Positions 56,202 to 64,000 of a stretch of 64,000 bases of DNA are shown here, one piece after another. The notes under the pieces were generated by a model that was not told where the DNA came from, did no database searches, and saw only the letters and a list, made by a program, of their open reading frames with translations. Position 1 is the stretch's first letter; the number at the start of each line of letters is the position of its first letter. A program made the position numbers and the translations under genes. This DNA is from Candidatus Poriferisocius sp. GTDB taxonomy: Bacteria > Actinomycetota > Acidimicrobiia > Acidimicrobiales > Bin134. The stretch is from contig NZ_OZ241977.1 in assembly GCF_965204145.1 (NCBI RefSeq), positions 3,487,811 to 3,551,810 of the forward strand, in the 5' to 3' direction.

Positions 56202-56978
56202 ATGGCGAATATGTCAAAGGAGTTAGAGGGCAAGGTGGCGCTGGTCACCGGCGCGGCACGGGGGCTGGGTGCCGAGATCGTGCGGCGCATGGTGGCGGCC
56301 GGGGCCCTGGTGACGGCCGCGGACAAGCGGGTGGACGATGGGGCTGCGGCTGCTGCCAAGGCCGGGGCGCAGTTCATCGAGCTCGACGTGACCGACGCCG
56401 AGCAATGGGCCGCTGCGGTGGATGCGGCTGCCGTCGGCGGCCGCCTGGACATCTTGGTGAACAACGCGGCGATCACCCGGGTGGTTCCGATCTTGGACTG
56501 CGATCCTGCTGAGTTCCGCAAGGTGATCGATACCAACCTGGTGGGCACCTTTCTGGGCATCCGGGCCGCCGCGCCCGCCATGGCGTCGAGCGGGGGAGGG
56601 TCGATCGTGAACCTGAGCTCGCCCAGCGCTTTCGAGGGCACCGCGGGGATGCCGGCCTATTCCACGTCGAAGTGGGGCATCCGGGGGCTGACCCGCACGG
56701 CGGCCCTGGAGCTGGCCGACTTGGGCATCCGGGTCAACGCGGTGGTGCCCGGTGCGCTGCGCACCGCCATGACCCGCCGGCCGGGATGGGAAGACGAGGA
56801 CTACCAGCGCCACTACGGCGCCACCGTGCCGCTGCGGCGCATGGCCGAACTCGGAGAGGTGGCCGACCTGGTGATCTGGCTGGCCTCCGACCAGGCCTCC
56901 TACTGCACCGGAGGCGACTACGCCGCCGACGGCGGCCTGGGAGCGGGCTCGCCCCCGCCTCTACCCGAGAGCGGTTAG
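56202..56978 (+). CDS. SDR-family oxidoreductase
   Basis: VTGAARGLG, NNAA and YSTSKWG motifs. Confidence 0.85.
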   Translation: MANMSKELEGKVALVTGAARGLGAEIVRRMVAAGALVTAADKRVDDGAAAAAKAGAQFIELDVTDAEQWAAAVDAAAVGGRLDILVNNAAITRVVPILDCDPAEFRKVIDTNLVGTFLGIRAAAPAMASSGGGSIVNLSSPSAFEGTAGMPAYSTSKWGIRGLTRTAALELADLGIRVNAVVPGALRTAMTRRPGWEDEDYQRHYGATVPLRRMAELGEVADLVIWLASDQASYCTGGDYAADGGLGAGSPPPLPESG

Positions 56979-57649
56979 TTCGAGTAGTCGGGGTTGAACT
57001 GGACCTCGTCCTCTACTCGGTGGAGCCAGGGGTACAGCTCGGCGGGGCGGCGGGCGATGACCGCCAGCTGGTTGGACTGGCGCTTGAACAGGGCACGGAG
57101 CAACCGCAAAGCAGGCTTGGCCAGTTGTCCGGCCAGACGCCGACGGTGGCCGGTGGCCACGGCTGTGGGCAGGCGCAGGCCGTAGCGGAACTCGATGCGG
57201 GGCTCGCCGGTGGGGTCGTAGGACCGCAAAGTCTTCACCACCTCAGACTCGGTCCAGCGGTACACGTGGTTGGGCACGCCGGTGTTGTCCAGCCCGCCGG
57301 TGCGAAACCCCTGGTCGGTGACCGCGGCCAGCTCGTAGGCGTCGGCCATGCCCACCCGAACGGCCAGCCGCATCAGAACGCTGTCTCGGGCCTCGATGGC
57401 CACGATCCCCTCCCGGCACACCCGGTACATCTCCACCAAGGCCCGGTGGGGGGAGCGGCAGTGGTGCAGTCCTTCCGATACGAACACCCAGTCGAAGGAG
57501 CGGTCGTCATAAGTCAGCGACTGGGCGTCCTGGAACGACCACGCCCCGTCGGGCACCAGCGGGGCGAACGCCTCGTCGAGGTTGGAAATCACCACATCGG
57601 TGAATCCCAGGGAGGACAGCAGCTCCCAGTCCTCGATGCCGGCGCACAC
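56975..57649 (-). CDS. Class I SAM-dependent methyltransferase, apparently 5'-truncated or using a non-canonical start
   Basis: The first canonical start is GTG 57647-57649, inside the probable SAM motif I (..LLAVCAGIEDW..). Protein-like sequence continues 28 codons upstream to an in-frame TGA at 57734-57736. Confidence 0.65.
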   Translation of the reverse strand: MCAGIEDWELLSSLGFTDVVISNLDEAFAPLVPDGAWSFQDAQSLTYDDRSFDWVFVSEGLHHCRSPHRALVEMYRVCREGIVAIEARDSVLMRLAVRVGMADAYELAAVTDQGFRTGGLDNTGVPNHVYRWTESEVVKTLRSYDPTGEPRIEFRYGLRLPTAVATGHRRRLAGQLAKPALRLLRALFKRQSNQLAVIARRPAELYPWLHRVEDEVQFNPDYSN

Positions 57650-57778
57650 CGCCAGCAGGCGAGTATCGGCATCCAGGCCCAGGCTGGTTAAGGTCTCAGC
57701 GGCGAATTTGCGGTCCAGGATCCCTCTCCTGTCTCAGGCGTGGTTAGCCATCGTACGGCGACCGCTAGGTTGCTGAGG

Positions 57779-58594
57779 GTGAAGTTCGGGTTTCCCTTCA
57801 TCTCGCTGCACCCGGGGGCATGGGTGGAGGTGGCCCAGGCTGCTGATGAGGCCGGGTTCGAGTCGTGCTGGATCGCCGACCATCTGGTGTTCCCAGTGGA
57901 GATGGAGGGCTCGCTGGGCGACGTCGACCACCCCAACGTGCCGGCCACCGTGCCGGTATACGACGCTCCGTCCTACCTCTCGTTCCTGGCCGGCCAGACC
58001 TCCCGCATCAACCTGGGTGCGTACGTGTACCTGGCCGGACTGCGCCACCCGTTCACCACTGCCCGGGGCTTCGCTACCTTGGATCACGTGAGCAACGGCC
58101 GGGCGCTGGTCGGCGTGGGGGCGGGATGGCTGCGCAACGAGTGGACGGCCGCGGGGATGGACCCCCGCACCCGGGGGCGCCGGCTCGACGAGGCCCTCGA
58201 CGTGTGCGTGCGGCTCTGGACCGAGCCCGAGGTGGAGCACCACGGCGAGTTCTACGAATTCGAGCCGGTGGCCTTCGAGCCCAAGCCGGTGCAGCAGCCC
58301 CATCCCCCGATATTGGTGGGCGGGCTGTCGGACGCCGCGCTGCGCCGGGCAGCCCGCTACCAGGGGTGGATGGGCATGGGCGACACCTTCGAGTCGGTGC
58401 GAGCCGCGGCCGATCGCCTGGCCGAACTGGGCGCGCCCGACATCGAGATCACCGCCCAAGGACGGTGCGAGACGCTCGACGACTTGCGGCGCTGGGAGGA
58501 TGCCGGCGCCCATCGTCTGGTGGTCACCCCCTGGGAGAGCACCAGCAAGGCGGTCGAATCGCTCCAGCGGTTCGCGGAGCGATTCATCGCCTGA
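57779..58594 (+). CDS. LLM-class (luciferase-like) F420-dependent oxidoreductase
   Basis: VKFGFPFISLHPG... and FESCWIADHLVFP have a typical LLM N-terminus. Start chosen is GTG 57779 (the ORF opens at GTG 57740). Confidence 0.8.
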   Translation: MKFGFPFISLHPGAWVEVAQAADEAGFESCWIADHLVFPVEMEGSLGDVDHPNVPATVPVYDAPSYLSFLAGQTSRINLGAYVYLAGLRHPFTTARGFATLDHVSNGRALVGVGAGWLRNEWTAAGMDPRTRGRRLDEALDVCVRLWTEPEVEHHGEFYEFEPVAFEPKPVQQPHPPILVGGLSDAALRRAARYQGWMGMGDTFESVRAAADRLAELGAPDIEITAQGRCETLDDLRRWEDAGAHRLVVTPWESTSKAVESLQRFAERFIA

Positions 58595-58681
58595 CCATCG
58601 CCGGTTGGAAATGTGTCAAAAACCCCTGGGGAGGGCGTACAATGGCATTTCTGCGCACGCAACGTCTGACTAGGGATTGCC

Positions 58682-58954
58682 ATGGGTCGAGGATCAGAGA
58701 GCTTTCAGAAGCGACAGCGAGAGAAGAACAAGCGAGAGCGGGCTGCGGCCAAGCAGGCCCGCCGCCACGGCAAGCTTGAGGTTCCGTTCGAGGAAGAGGA
58801 TGAGGCGCCTTCCACAAACGGAAAGTCAGAAGCCGAGTTGTACGAAGACTTCCGCCTGCTGAGCGAGAAGTACCAGTCCGGGGGAATGGACGAGGAGACC
58901 TACGAGCAGCGCCGGGCCGAGATCTTCGAGCAACTCGGCCTTGAGGTCCACTGA
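58682..58954 (+). CDS. Small highly charged protein (90 aa), C-terminal SHOCT-like helix pair
   Basis: The N-terminus is Lys/Arg-rich (KRQREKNKRERAAAKQARR). The C-terminus GGMDEETYEQRRAEIFEQLGL resembles SHOCT. Confidence 0.55.
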   Translation: MGRGSESFQKRQREKNKRERAAAKQARRHGKLEVPFEEEDEAPSTNGKSEAELYEDFRLLSEKYQSGGMDEETYEQRRAEIFEQLGLEVH

Positions 58955-58972
58955 CCTCTTGCGGCTCGTTCG

Positions 58973-60019
58973 CTATCCAGCGGGCACTGCCCGACTGGTG
59001 GGCATGCCCAGCATGCACGACAATCCCGCCGACTGAAGCCCGCCCGCGCCACCGGCCACCAGGATCACGAAGTAATCGGGAGAGGGCACGATCGGCACCC
59101 GGTCGTTCTCGATGGCCACACCGAGCTGCTCCAGCACGTCTCTGGTGGGCTGGCGCCGATAGGGGGGGTAGAAGTCCAACGGCACTCGGGCTTCAGCGAA
59201 CAGATGCTCTCGCAGTTCCTGCTTGGTGGGCAGAAGGCTGGCCACCATCTCGGCGATGACCGGGCTCATCACCAGCACGGTTGGGAAGGGGTTGGGGGCG
59301 TCATGGCCCCCGCACGGCCCGCTAATGGCCAGGCCGTTGGTCACGTGGTGCAGCACCTGGTCGGGCTCGTGGTGCATGTCGGTGATGGGCCACATCCCGT
59401 TCACGGCCAGCACGGTGACCACATCCTCGTCGGCGTCGAACCCCAGTTCAGTGTGGTAGGGCGGCCACGGGGAGGCTTCTTCGTTCTCGGCCACGCACAG
59501 CGAGGTGACCTTGCCGGGCCAGCCCAGCGGCGCCTTGTCCACCTCGCCGGGGATGGCCCCGCCGATGTTCACCAGTGCCAGTCGCATCGCTCGTCCGACA
59601 GTGGCGTTGGCGTGCGATCCGGGCCCGAAGCATCCGGCACCGTAGTTGAAGCCCAGACGATGGCGGATCGGGCCGTTCACCACCAGCATCGGGCCCACCG
59701 GGTTGGTGGTGGTCTGCACCCCGTGGGCGTTCATCTGGGGGTCGCAGAAGGCGTCGATAGCGGCTATCAGCACCGGCATCGCCTCAGACGAGCATCCGGC
59801 CATCACCGCGTTGACCGCGATCTTCTCCACCGTGGCTGGCGCGTTCAGCGGGGGCACGTCGCTCACCACATGGTCGGCCGACAGCCCGGAAGCAGCCACT
59901 GCGGCAGCCACCCGCTCAGGGGTGGGGGGAACGACCGGCAGCCCATCGGACATGCCCCGTTCTCGCAGATAGGCCTCGACTTCTTCGTGGCCCCCCTCGA
60001 TTGTGACCCGTTGGGTCAT
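58973..60019 (-). CDS. Hypothetical protein (348 aa) translationally coupled to the UGSC selenoprotein gene
   Basis: Clean host-composition ORF. Its ATG (60017-60019) overlaps the TGA stop (60016-60018) of the upstream gene as ATGA. No family recognised. Confidence 0.75.
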   Translation of the reverse strand: MTQRVTIEGGHEEVEAYLRERGMSDGLPVVPPTPERVAAAVAASGLSADHVVSDVPPLNAPATVEKIAVNAVMAGCSSEAMPVLIAAIDAFCDPQMNAHGVQTTTNPVGPMLVVNGPIRHRLGFNYGAGCFGPGSHANATVGRAMRLALVNIGGAIPGEVDKAPLGWPGKVTSLCVAENEEASPWPPYHTELGFDADEDVVTVLAVNGMWPITDMHHEPDQVLHHVTNGLAISGPCGGHDAPNPFPTVLVMSPVIAEMVASLLPTKQELREHLFAEARVPLDFYPPYRRQPTRDVLEQLGVAIENDRVPIVPSPDYFVILVAGGAGGLQSAGLSCMLGMPTSRAVPAG

Positions 60020-60555
60020 GCCACCAATGCGTCCACGATGTCGTCGAGGCGGGATGCGATGTCGGCTCTGATGTCATCCTCAGACCACTCGTCGTAGCCC
60101 GACGGCAACACGATCAACGGCTGGTTGTCCACCCGCAGGCCCCGGGCAGTGGCCTCGGCCAAGCCCCGGAACTGCTCGGTCACCAAGCCCACTGCCGGAG
60201 TCCCCATGGCTTCCAGCGTGCTGCTGGCGTGGATACACCACGCCGTGCACGAGCCTCAATTGCCCAAACCGCTGATCACCGCGTCGACTTCCTTATGGAA
60301 GGCCTCCATCTCCTGCTGATACTGCTCGGGGTCGGCGCCGTGCATCGGGCCGCTGGCTCGAACCACTACTCCGGCCGCCCCGGCCCGGTTTACCAACTGG
60401 TGGGACAGCTCATCGGCCATGATCGCCATAGACCGCCACATGTCGTTGTCGATGATGCCCACCACCGCGCCAGCCAGCGAGTCCTTGCGAATGGCGAGCG
60501 GCTGGGCCGGCTCGTTCACCTCGCCGGTGGGCAACAAGATGGTGGTCGTTTCCAT
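60016..60555 (-). CDS. UGSC-family selenoprotein (179 aa, Sec at codon 100 encoded by TGA 60256-60258)
   Basis: Track ORFs 60256-60555 and 60016-60207 are in the same frame. Translating through gives ...AVISGLGN-U-GSCTAWCIHASSTLEAMGTPAVG..., which contains the U-G-S-C motif. A SECIS-like hairpin lies immediately downstream. Confidence 0.85.
60217..60251 (-). promoter_or_regulatory. Bacterial SECIS-like stem-loop for the UGSC gene
   Basis: mRNA after the UGA has a lower stem CGUGC/GCACG, an internal loop, a 7-bp upper stem GGCGUGG/CCACGCC and an apical loop UGUAU. Counting from the U of UGA, the loop G and U fall at positions 23 and 24, as recalled for E. coli fdhF SECIS. Confidence 0.75.
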
Positions 60556-60634
60556 GGAAGCTCCTCCCAGAAAACTCTCGACGACTCTGGCGAGCCCTTC
60601 TGGTCCACCCTACCCCGTGCCGTATTGTGTCGCG

Positions 60635-61627
60635 ATGCGCACAACGACGCTTCCCCGGCCCCCGGTCATCATGGAACAGTCCCTGGAAGACCCCGATGTG
60701 CTGCTGGGCATATTGCAACGGCAGTCGCCCCATCCGCTGACGCTGGCCGGCGCAGAATTCGTCGAGAGCCGGGCCGCGCTGCGAGCCGGAGCCCGCACCG
60801 GCGACGTCCCCCCGTTCGTCGATGTGGTTGACGGCGAACCCCGGATCCCACCGGTGTTCCGCACCACGTGGGGTGCCGAACACCAGGCCGTGGAGGGGGC
60901 TGACACCATCGTCAACAACCCCCGGTTCATCGAGGCCGCCCGGCAGCTCTATGGCGCCGAGGTGGTGCGGCCCTATTTCACCTACGTGAACATCAACGCT
61001 CCCAGCGGCCAGTACGCCCGCCACACCGACATTCCCTCCTTTCGGGGGGTCGGCCGCAACGAATACCCCACCTGGCTGCTCAATTGCATGATGCACTCGG
61101 GCTGCTTCGATCGTTGGCGGGTGCGGATCGCCACCGCGGTGTGCTGGTACTACGAGGGCACCGGCGGGGAGTTCACCTATTGGCCCGAGGGTTGGGACGG
61201 CGACATGGTGACGGTGAAGCCGCCCTACAACTACGGCGTTATGGGCGACAACGACTACATGCCCCATCGGGTGGAGACCATCGGCGCCGAGGCCGACTAC
61301 GCCAAATACGGCTTCGACGCCACCATCGCGCTCACTCCCGACCGCCAGTGGATCATCGAAGAGCCCGGCCATGAGCCGGTGATCCACGCCTTCGACGAGG
61401 TGCGGGTGTCGCTGTCGTGGAAGGCCTTCGTGTTCGACGACCCCCAAGAAGCCGAGGTGTACGACAAGCACCTGGACGACCTGGACGAGCCCACGCTGAT
61501 CGCCACGATGGCCGAGGACTGCGCCCGCCGGGGCATGGCTGTGCCCGACGGGCCCGACGCGCTGGCTAATCCCGAATTCGGGGAGCGGATCAGAGAAACC
61601 TACTTGTCCCCCGAATTGCGGTTCTGA
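60635..61627 (+). CDS. Hypothetical protein (330 aa)
   Basis: The track ORF 60419-61627 was trimmed to ATG 60635 because its 5' part is antisense to the UGSC gene. No confident family. HTDIPSF and DNDYMPHRVE hint at a metal-binding cupin/oxygenase-like fold, but this is a guess. Confidence 0.65.
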   Translation: MRTTTLPRPPVIMEQSLEDPDVLLGILQRQSPHPLTLAGAEFVESRAALRAGARTGDVPPFVDVVDGEPRIPPVFRTTWGAEHQAVEGADTIVNNPRFIEAARQLYGAEVVRPYFTYVNINAPSGQYARHTDIPSFRGVGRNEYPTWLLNCMMHSGCFDRWRVRIATAVCWYYEGTGGEFTYWPEGWDGDMVTVKPPYNYGVMGDNDYMPHRVETIGAEADYAKYGFDATIALTPDRQWIIEEPGHEPVIHAFDEVRVSLSWKAFVFDDPQEAEVYDKHLDDLDEPTLIATMAEDCARRGMAVPDGPDALANPEFGERIRETYLSPELRF

Positions 61628-61713
61628 CTGCCGCTGTCCGAACACGAACAGGACGCGCGCTTTCGACTCCTGCGGTACGGTGGTGGCTACTGCCGATACG
61701 GGGGGTTTGTGAC

Positions 61714-63525
61714 GTGTTCGGTCTCAGGCGGGTTTCGAAGTTGGCATGCTGGCGCTGGCTGGCTTTGTTCTGCGCGCTGGCGCTGGTGGCCTCAGCCTGC
61801 GGGGGGGGGAACGACGATGACGCCGGCGATGGCGGCGGTGTGGCCGCTGAGGCCACCGCCGCTCCTGAGGCGCCCTCTGGAGACGGCGACGGTGACGCCC
61901 CCGCTCCCAGCGACGACGGCGAGGACGAAGCCCAACCCAGTACCGATGACAGCGGCGACCAGGGCGATGGAGCAGATGAGGACACCTCAGCCCCCGAGCC
62001 CGCGGCCACGGAGGCGCCCGAAGCAGCGGTGGAGCCCCAGTACGGCGGCACGCTGGTGGTTGGGCTGGAGGCGGAGACCACCAACGGGCTGAACCCGGTC
62101 AATGCCCAGGCCGCAGTGTCCGGGCACATCCTGTTCCGGGCTCTGTACGACACCCTGACCGTTGAGGGTCCCGACGGCGAGGCCGTGCTCAACTTGCTGG
62201 AGAGCATGACCTCCAACGACGACTTCACCGAGTGGACCATGACCCTGCGTCCGGGGATCACATTCCACGATGGGACACCGGCGGACTCGGCTGCGCTGAA
62301 GCGCCATTTCGAAGAGCAGGCCACCGGCACGCTGACTGGCATCGTGGTGAGCGATTGGGATGTCGAGTCCATCGACATCATCGACGATCTGACCATCCAG
62401 ATGAACTTGGGGAAGTCGTTCGCCCCATTACCCAATTATCTGACCAGCCATCTCGGATATTTCGGGGCGCCGTCGATGTACGACTTGGGTCCGGAGGGTT
62501 CGGCCCGCAACCCCATTGGTGCCGGCCCGTTCATGCTGGAGGAGTGGATTCCCAACGAGGTCACCCGGATGGTGCGCAACCCGAACTACTGGCGAACCGA
62601 CGCCGAGGGTCGTCAGCTTCCCTATCTCGACGCCTTGGAGTTCCGGCCCATCCCCGATACCGATGGCCGGTTCGCGGCCCTTCGGTCCGGCGACCTCGAT
62701 GCCAGCAGTGTGAACACCGGTCTCAGAATCGACGACTACAACGAGGAGTTCAAGACCTACTGGCAGAAAGACCGGTACAACGAGACCACCTACCTCCTGC
62801 TCAACAACTCCCGGCCCCCGTTTGACAACGTGGACTTCCGCCGGGCTCTGGCCCAGTGCACCGACCGCCAGACCTTCAACACCATCCGCTGGGACGGGCA
62901 GACACCGTCCACCGGCCCCTTCTCGCCGGGAACCCCCGGCTACTTGGAGGACGCTGGATTCCCGGCCTACGACCCCGGCGCGGGCAGCGCCGCCATTGCC
63001 AGCCTGGGAATAAGCGATGTTGAGATCGGCACAACCAACGATCCGGCCAACCTCCTCAACACCGAGCTGATCGCCGCGATGTGGGGAGACTGCGGATTGG
63101 ACGTGACCATCACCCAGGTCGACCAGGCCGAGTTGATCACCAACGCGGTCTTCGGGCTGTTCACCGCTTTCTTGTGGCGTCAACACGAAGGCTATGACGT
63201 GGGCACAGAGCGGGTGTGGTGGCACAGCAAGTTCAGCCAGGGGATCGCATTGAACTTCGGCCGCATCAACAACCCGACGATTGACGCTGCGCTCAACGAG
63301 AGTCTGATCACCAAGGACCTCGACCGGCGCAGAGAACTCGCCGAGGAGATCAACCGGGCGTTCGCCGAGCAGGTCCACTACATCTGGTTCTACGAATCGA
63401 ACTGGTTGTTCGCAACCCAAGACCATGTACACGGCATCGACAACCTCACACTTCCCGGCGGCGTAGAGCACGAGAAGGTGTTCAGCGGGAGGGTGTTCTT
63501 GACCGAGGCTTGGATCGAGCAATAG
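61714..63525 (+). CDS. ABC transporter substrate-binding lipoprotein, family 5 (peptide/nickel, DppA/OppA-like) with acidic low-complexity linker
   Basis: Lipobox LVASAC. A D/E/G/A-rich linker of about 80 aa is followed by GGTLVVGLEAE, NPNYWR and other family-5 SBP features. Confidence 0.85.
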   Translation: MFGLRRVSKLACWRWLALFCALALVASACGGGNDDDAGDGGGVAAEATAAPEAPSGDGDGDAPAPSDDGEDEAQPSTDDSGDQGDGADEDTSAPEPAATEAPEAAVEPQYGGTLVVGLEAETTNGLNPVNAQAAVSGHILFRALYDTLTVEGPDGEAVLNLLESMTSNDDFTEWTMTLRPGITFHDGTPADSAALKRHFEEQATGTLTGIVVSDWDVESIDIIDDLTIQMNLGKSFAPLPNYLTSHLGYFGAPSMYDLGPEGSARNPIGAGPFMLEEWIPNEVTRMVRNPNYWRTDAEGRQLPYLDALEFRPIPDTDGRFAALRSGDLDASSVNTGLRIDDYNEEFKTYWQKDRYNETTYLLLNNSRPPFDNVDFRRALAQCTDRQTFNTIRWDGQTPSTGPFSPGTPGYLEDAGFPAYDPGAGSAAIASLGISDVEIGTTNDPANLLNTELIAAMWGDCGLDVTITQVDQAELITNAVFGLFTAFLWRQHEGYDVGTERVWWHSKFSQGIALNFGRINNPTIDAALNESLITKDLDRRRELAEEINRAFAEQVHYIWFYESNWLFATQDHVHGIDNLTLPGGVEHEKVFSGRVFLTEAWIEQ

Positions 63526-63578
63526 CGGCCGGTTCCGGCCAGGAAGGGCGCTAGCAGGCCAAGGGGCAGGAGAAGCCA

Positions 63579-64000
63579 GTGCTCCGGTTCTTCGGAACGC
63601 GCTTGGCCCAGCTTGCCCTGGTCGTATTGGCAGTAACGCTGCTGTTCTACTGGATGCTGAACCTGCTGCCCGGCAACCCGTGCGTGGCCGCGTTCGGCGG
63701 GGCGGCCACCCAAGAGCAGATTGCCGAATGCGAGCGGGACCGCAACCTGGACGACCCGGTGATCGTGCAGTGGGCCAAGTGGGGCGGCGATGTGCTCACC
63801 GGGGACTTCGGCAAGTCGTACCTCACCGGGCGGTCATTCGGCGAGGCCCTCAATACCGCGCTGCCCCGAACCCTGCTTCTTTTGGCCTACTCGCAGATCC
63901 TGGCGCTGGGCGCGGCCATTCCCCTCGGCCTGTGGTCGGGGTACAAGCAGAACAGCGTGGGCGACAAGATCGCCAGCGGAGGGGCGTTCGCGCTCTTGTC
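63579..64000 (+). CDS. ABC transporter permease (DppB/OppB-like), 5' part only as it runs off the window
   Basis: GTG 63579 is preceded by AGGAG. VLRFFGTRLAQLALVVLAVTLLFYWMLNLLPGNP... is a typical N-terminus of binding-protein-dependent permeases. Confidence 0.8.
   Translation, partial: MLRFFGTRLAQLALVVLAVTLLFYWMLNLLPGNPCVAAFGGAATQEQIAECERDRNLDDPVIVQWAKWGGDVLTGDFGKSYLTGRSFGEALNTALPRTLLLLAYSQILALGAAIPLGLWSGYKQNSVGDKIASGGAFALL

Noticed and set aside
1-64000. Looked for CRISPR arrays, rRNA genes and long tandem repeats by reading both strands.
   Set aside because: No regularly spaced direct repeats of 25-40 nt and no rRNA-like sequence were seen. The only repeat-like structures are those reported at 24.3-24.7 kb and 26.17-26.26 kb.

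Overview
High-GC (about 63-70% in hand-counted samples) chromosomal segment of Actinomycetota type. Lineage markers are an Rpf-like transglycosylase, a mycothiol/DinB-type enzyme, an F420-type LLM oxidoreductase and a SepX/GlpR-like protein. About 65 genes are supportable. Most are housekeeping: hemH, dxs, tldD/pmbA, uppP, mtnP, plsY, moeA-moaA-moaC, rsgA, tRNA-Ala(CGC) and tRNA-Glu(CUC). Others are envelope genes or a large acyl-CoA/beta-oxidation-like block containing six SDR paralogues. Four things stand out. (1) A sharp low-GC islet at about 24.78-26.26 kb holds four tandem small two-TM proteins of unknown family. Two of them share a conserved C-terminal tail (GYKTxT..S[FY]CKE). A signal-peptide ORF runs into the islet out of frame, and a 28-bp inverted repeat lies at the right edge. 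(2) A second lower-GC islet at about 39.04-42.07 kb carries hicB-hicA and a 769-aa DUF262(GmrSD-like)/His-Me-finger/AlbA_2(Schlafen-like) fusion protein. It is a candidate defence module with no mobility genes. (3) Two ORF-track fragments (60256-60555 and 60016-60207, minus strand) form one gene interrupted by an in-frame TGA within a U-G-S-C motif. A SECIS-like hairpin downstream places G/U at the positions used in E. coli fdhF, so this is a UGSC-type selenoprotein, translationally coupled to an unknown 348-aa protein. (4) A winged-helix/SAM methyltransferase has an in-frame TGA at 53698 followed by 50 more protein-like codons, a UxxC context and a GGUC-loop hairpin. It is either a second selenoprotein or a nonsense pseudogene. 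No CRISPR array, rRNA, transposase or integrase was seen. All function calls come from motif recognition by eye, and no database search was run.
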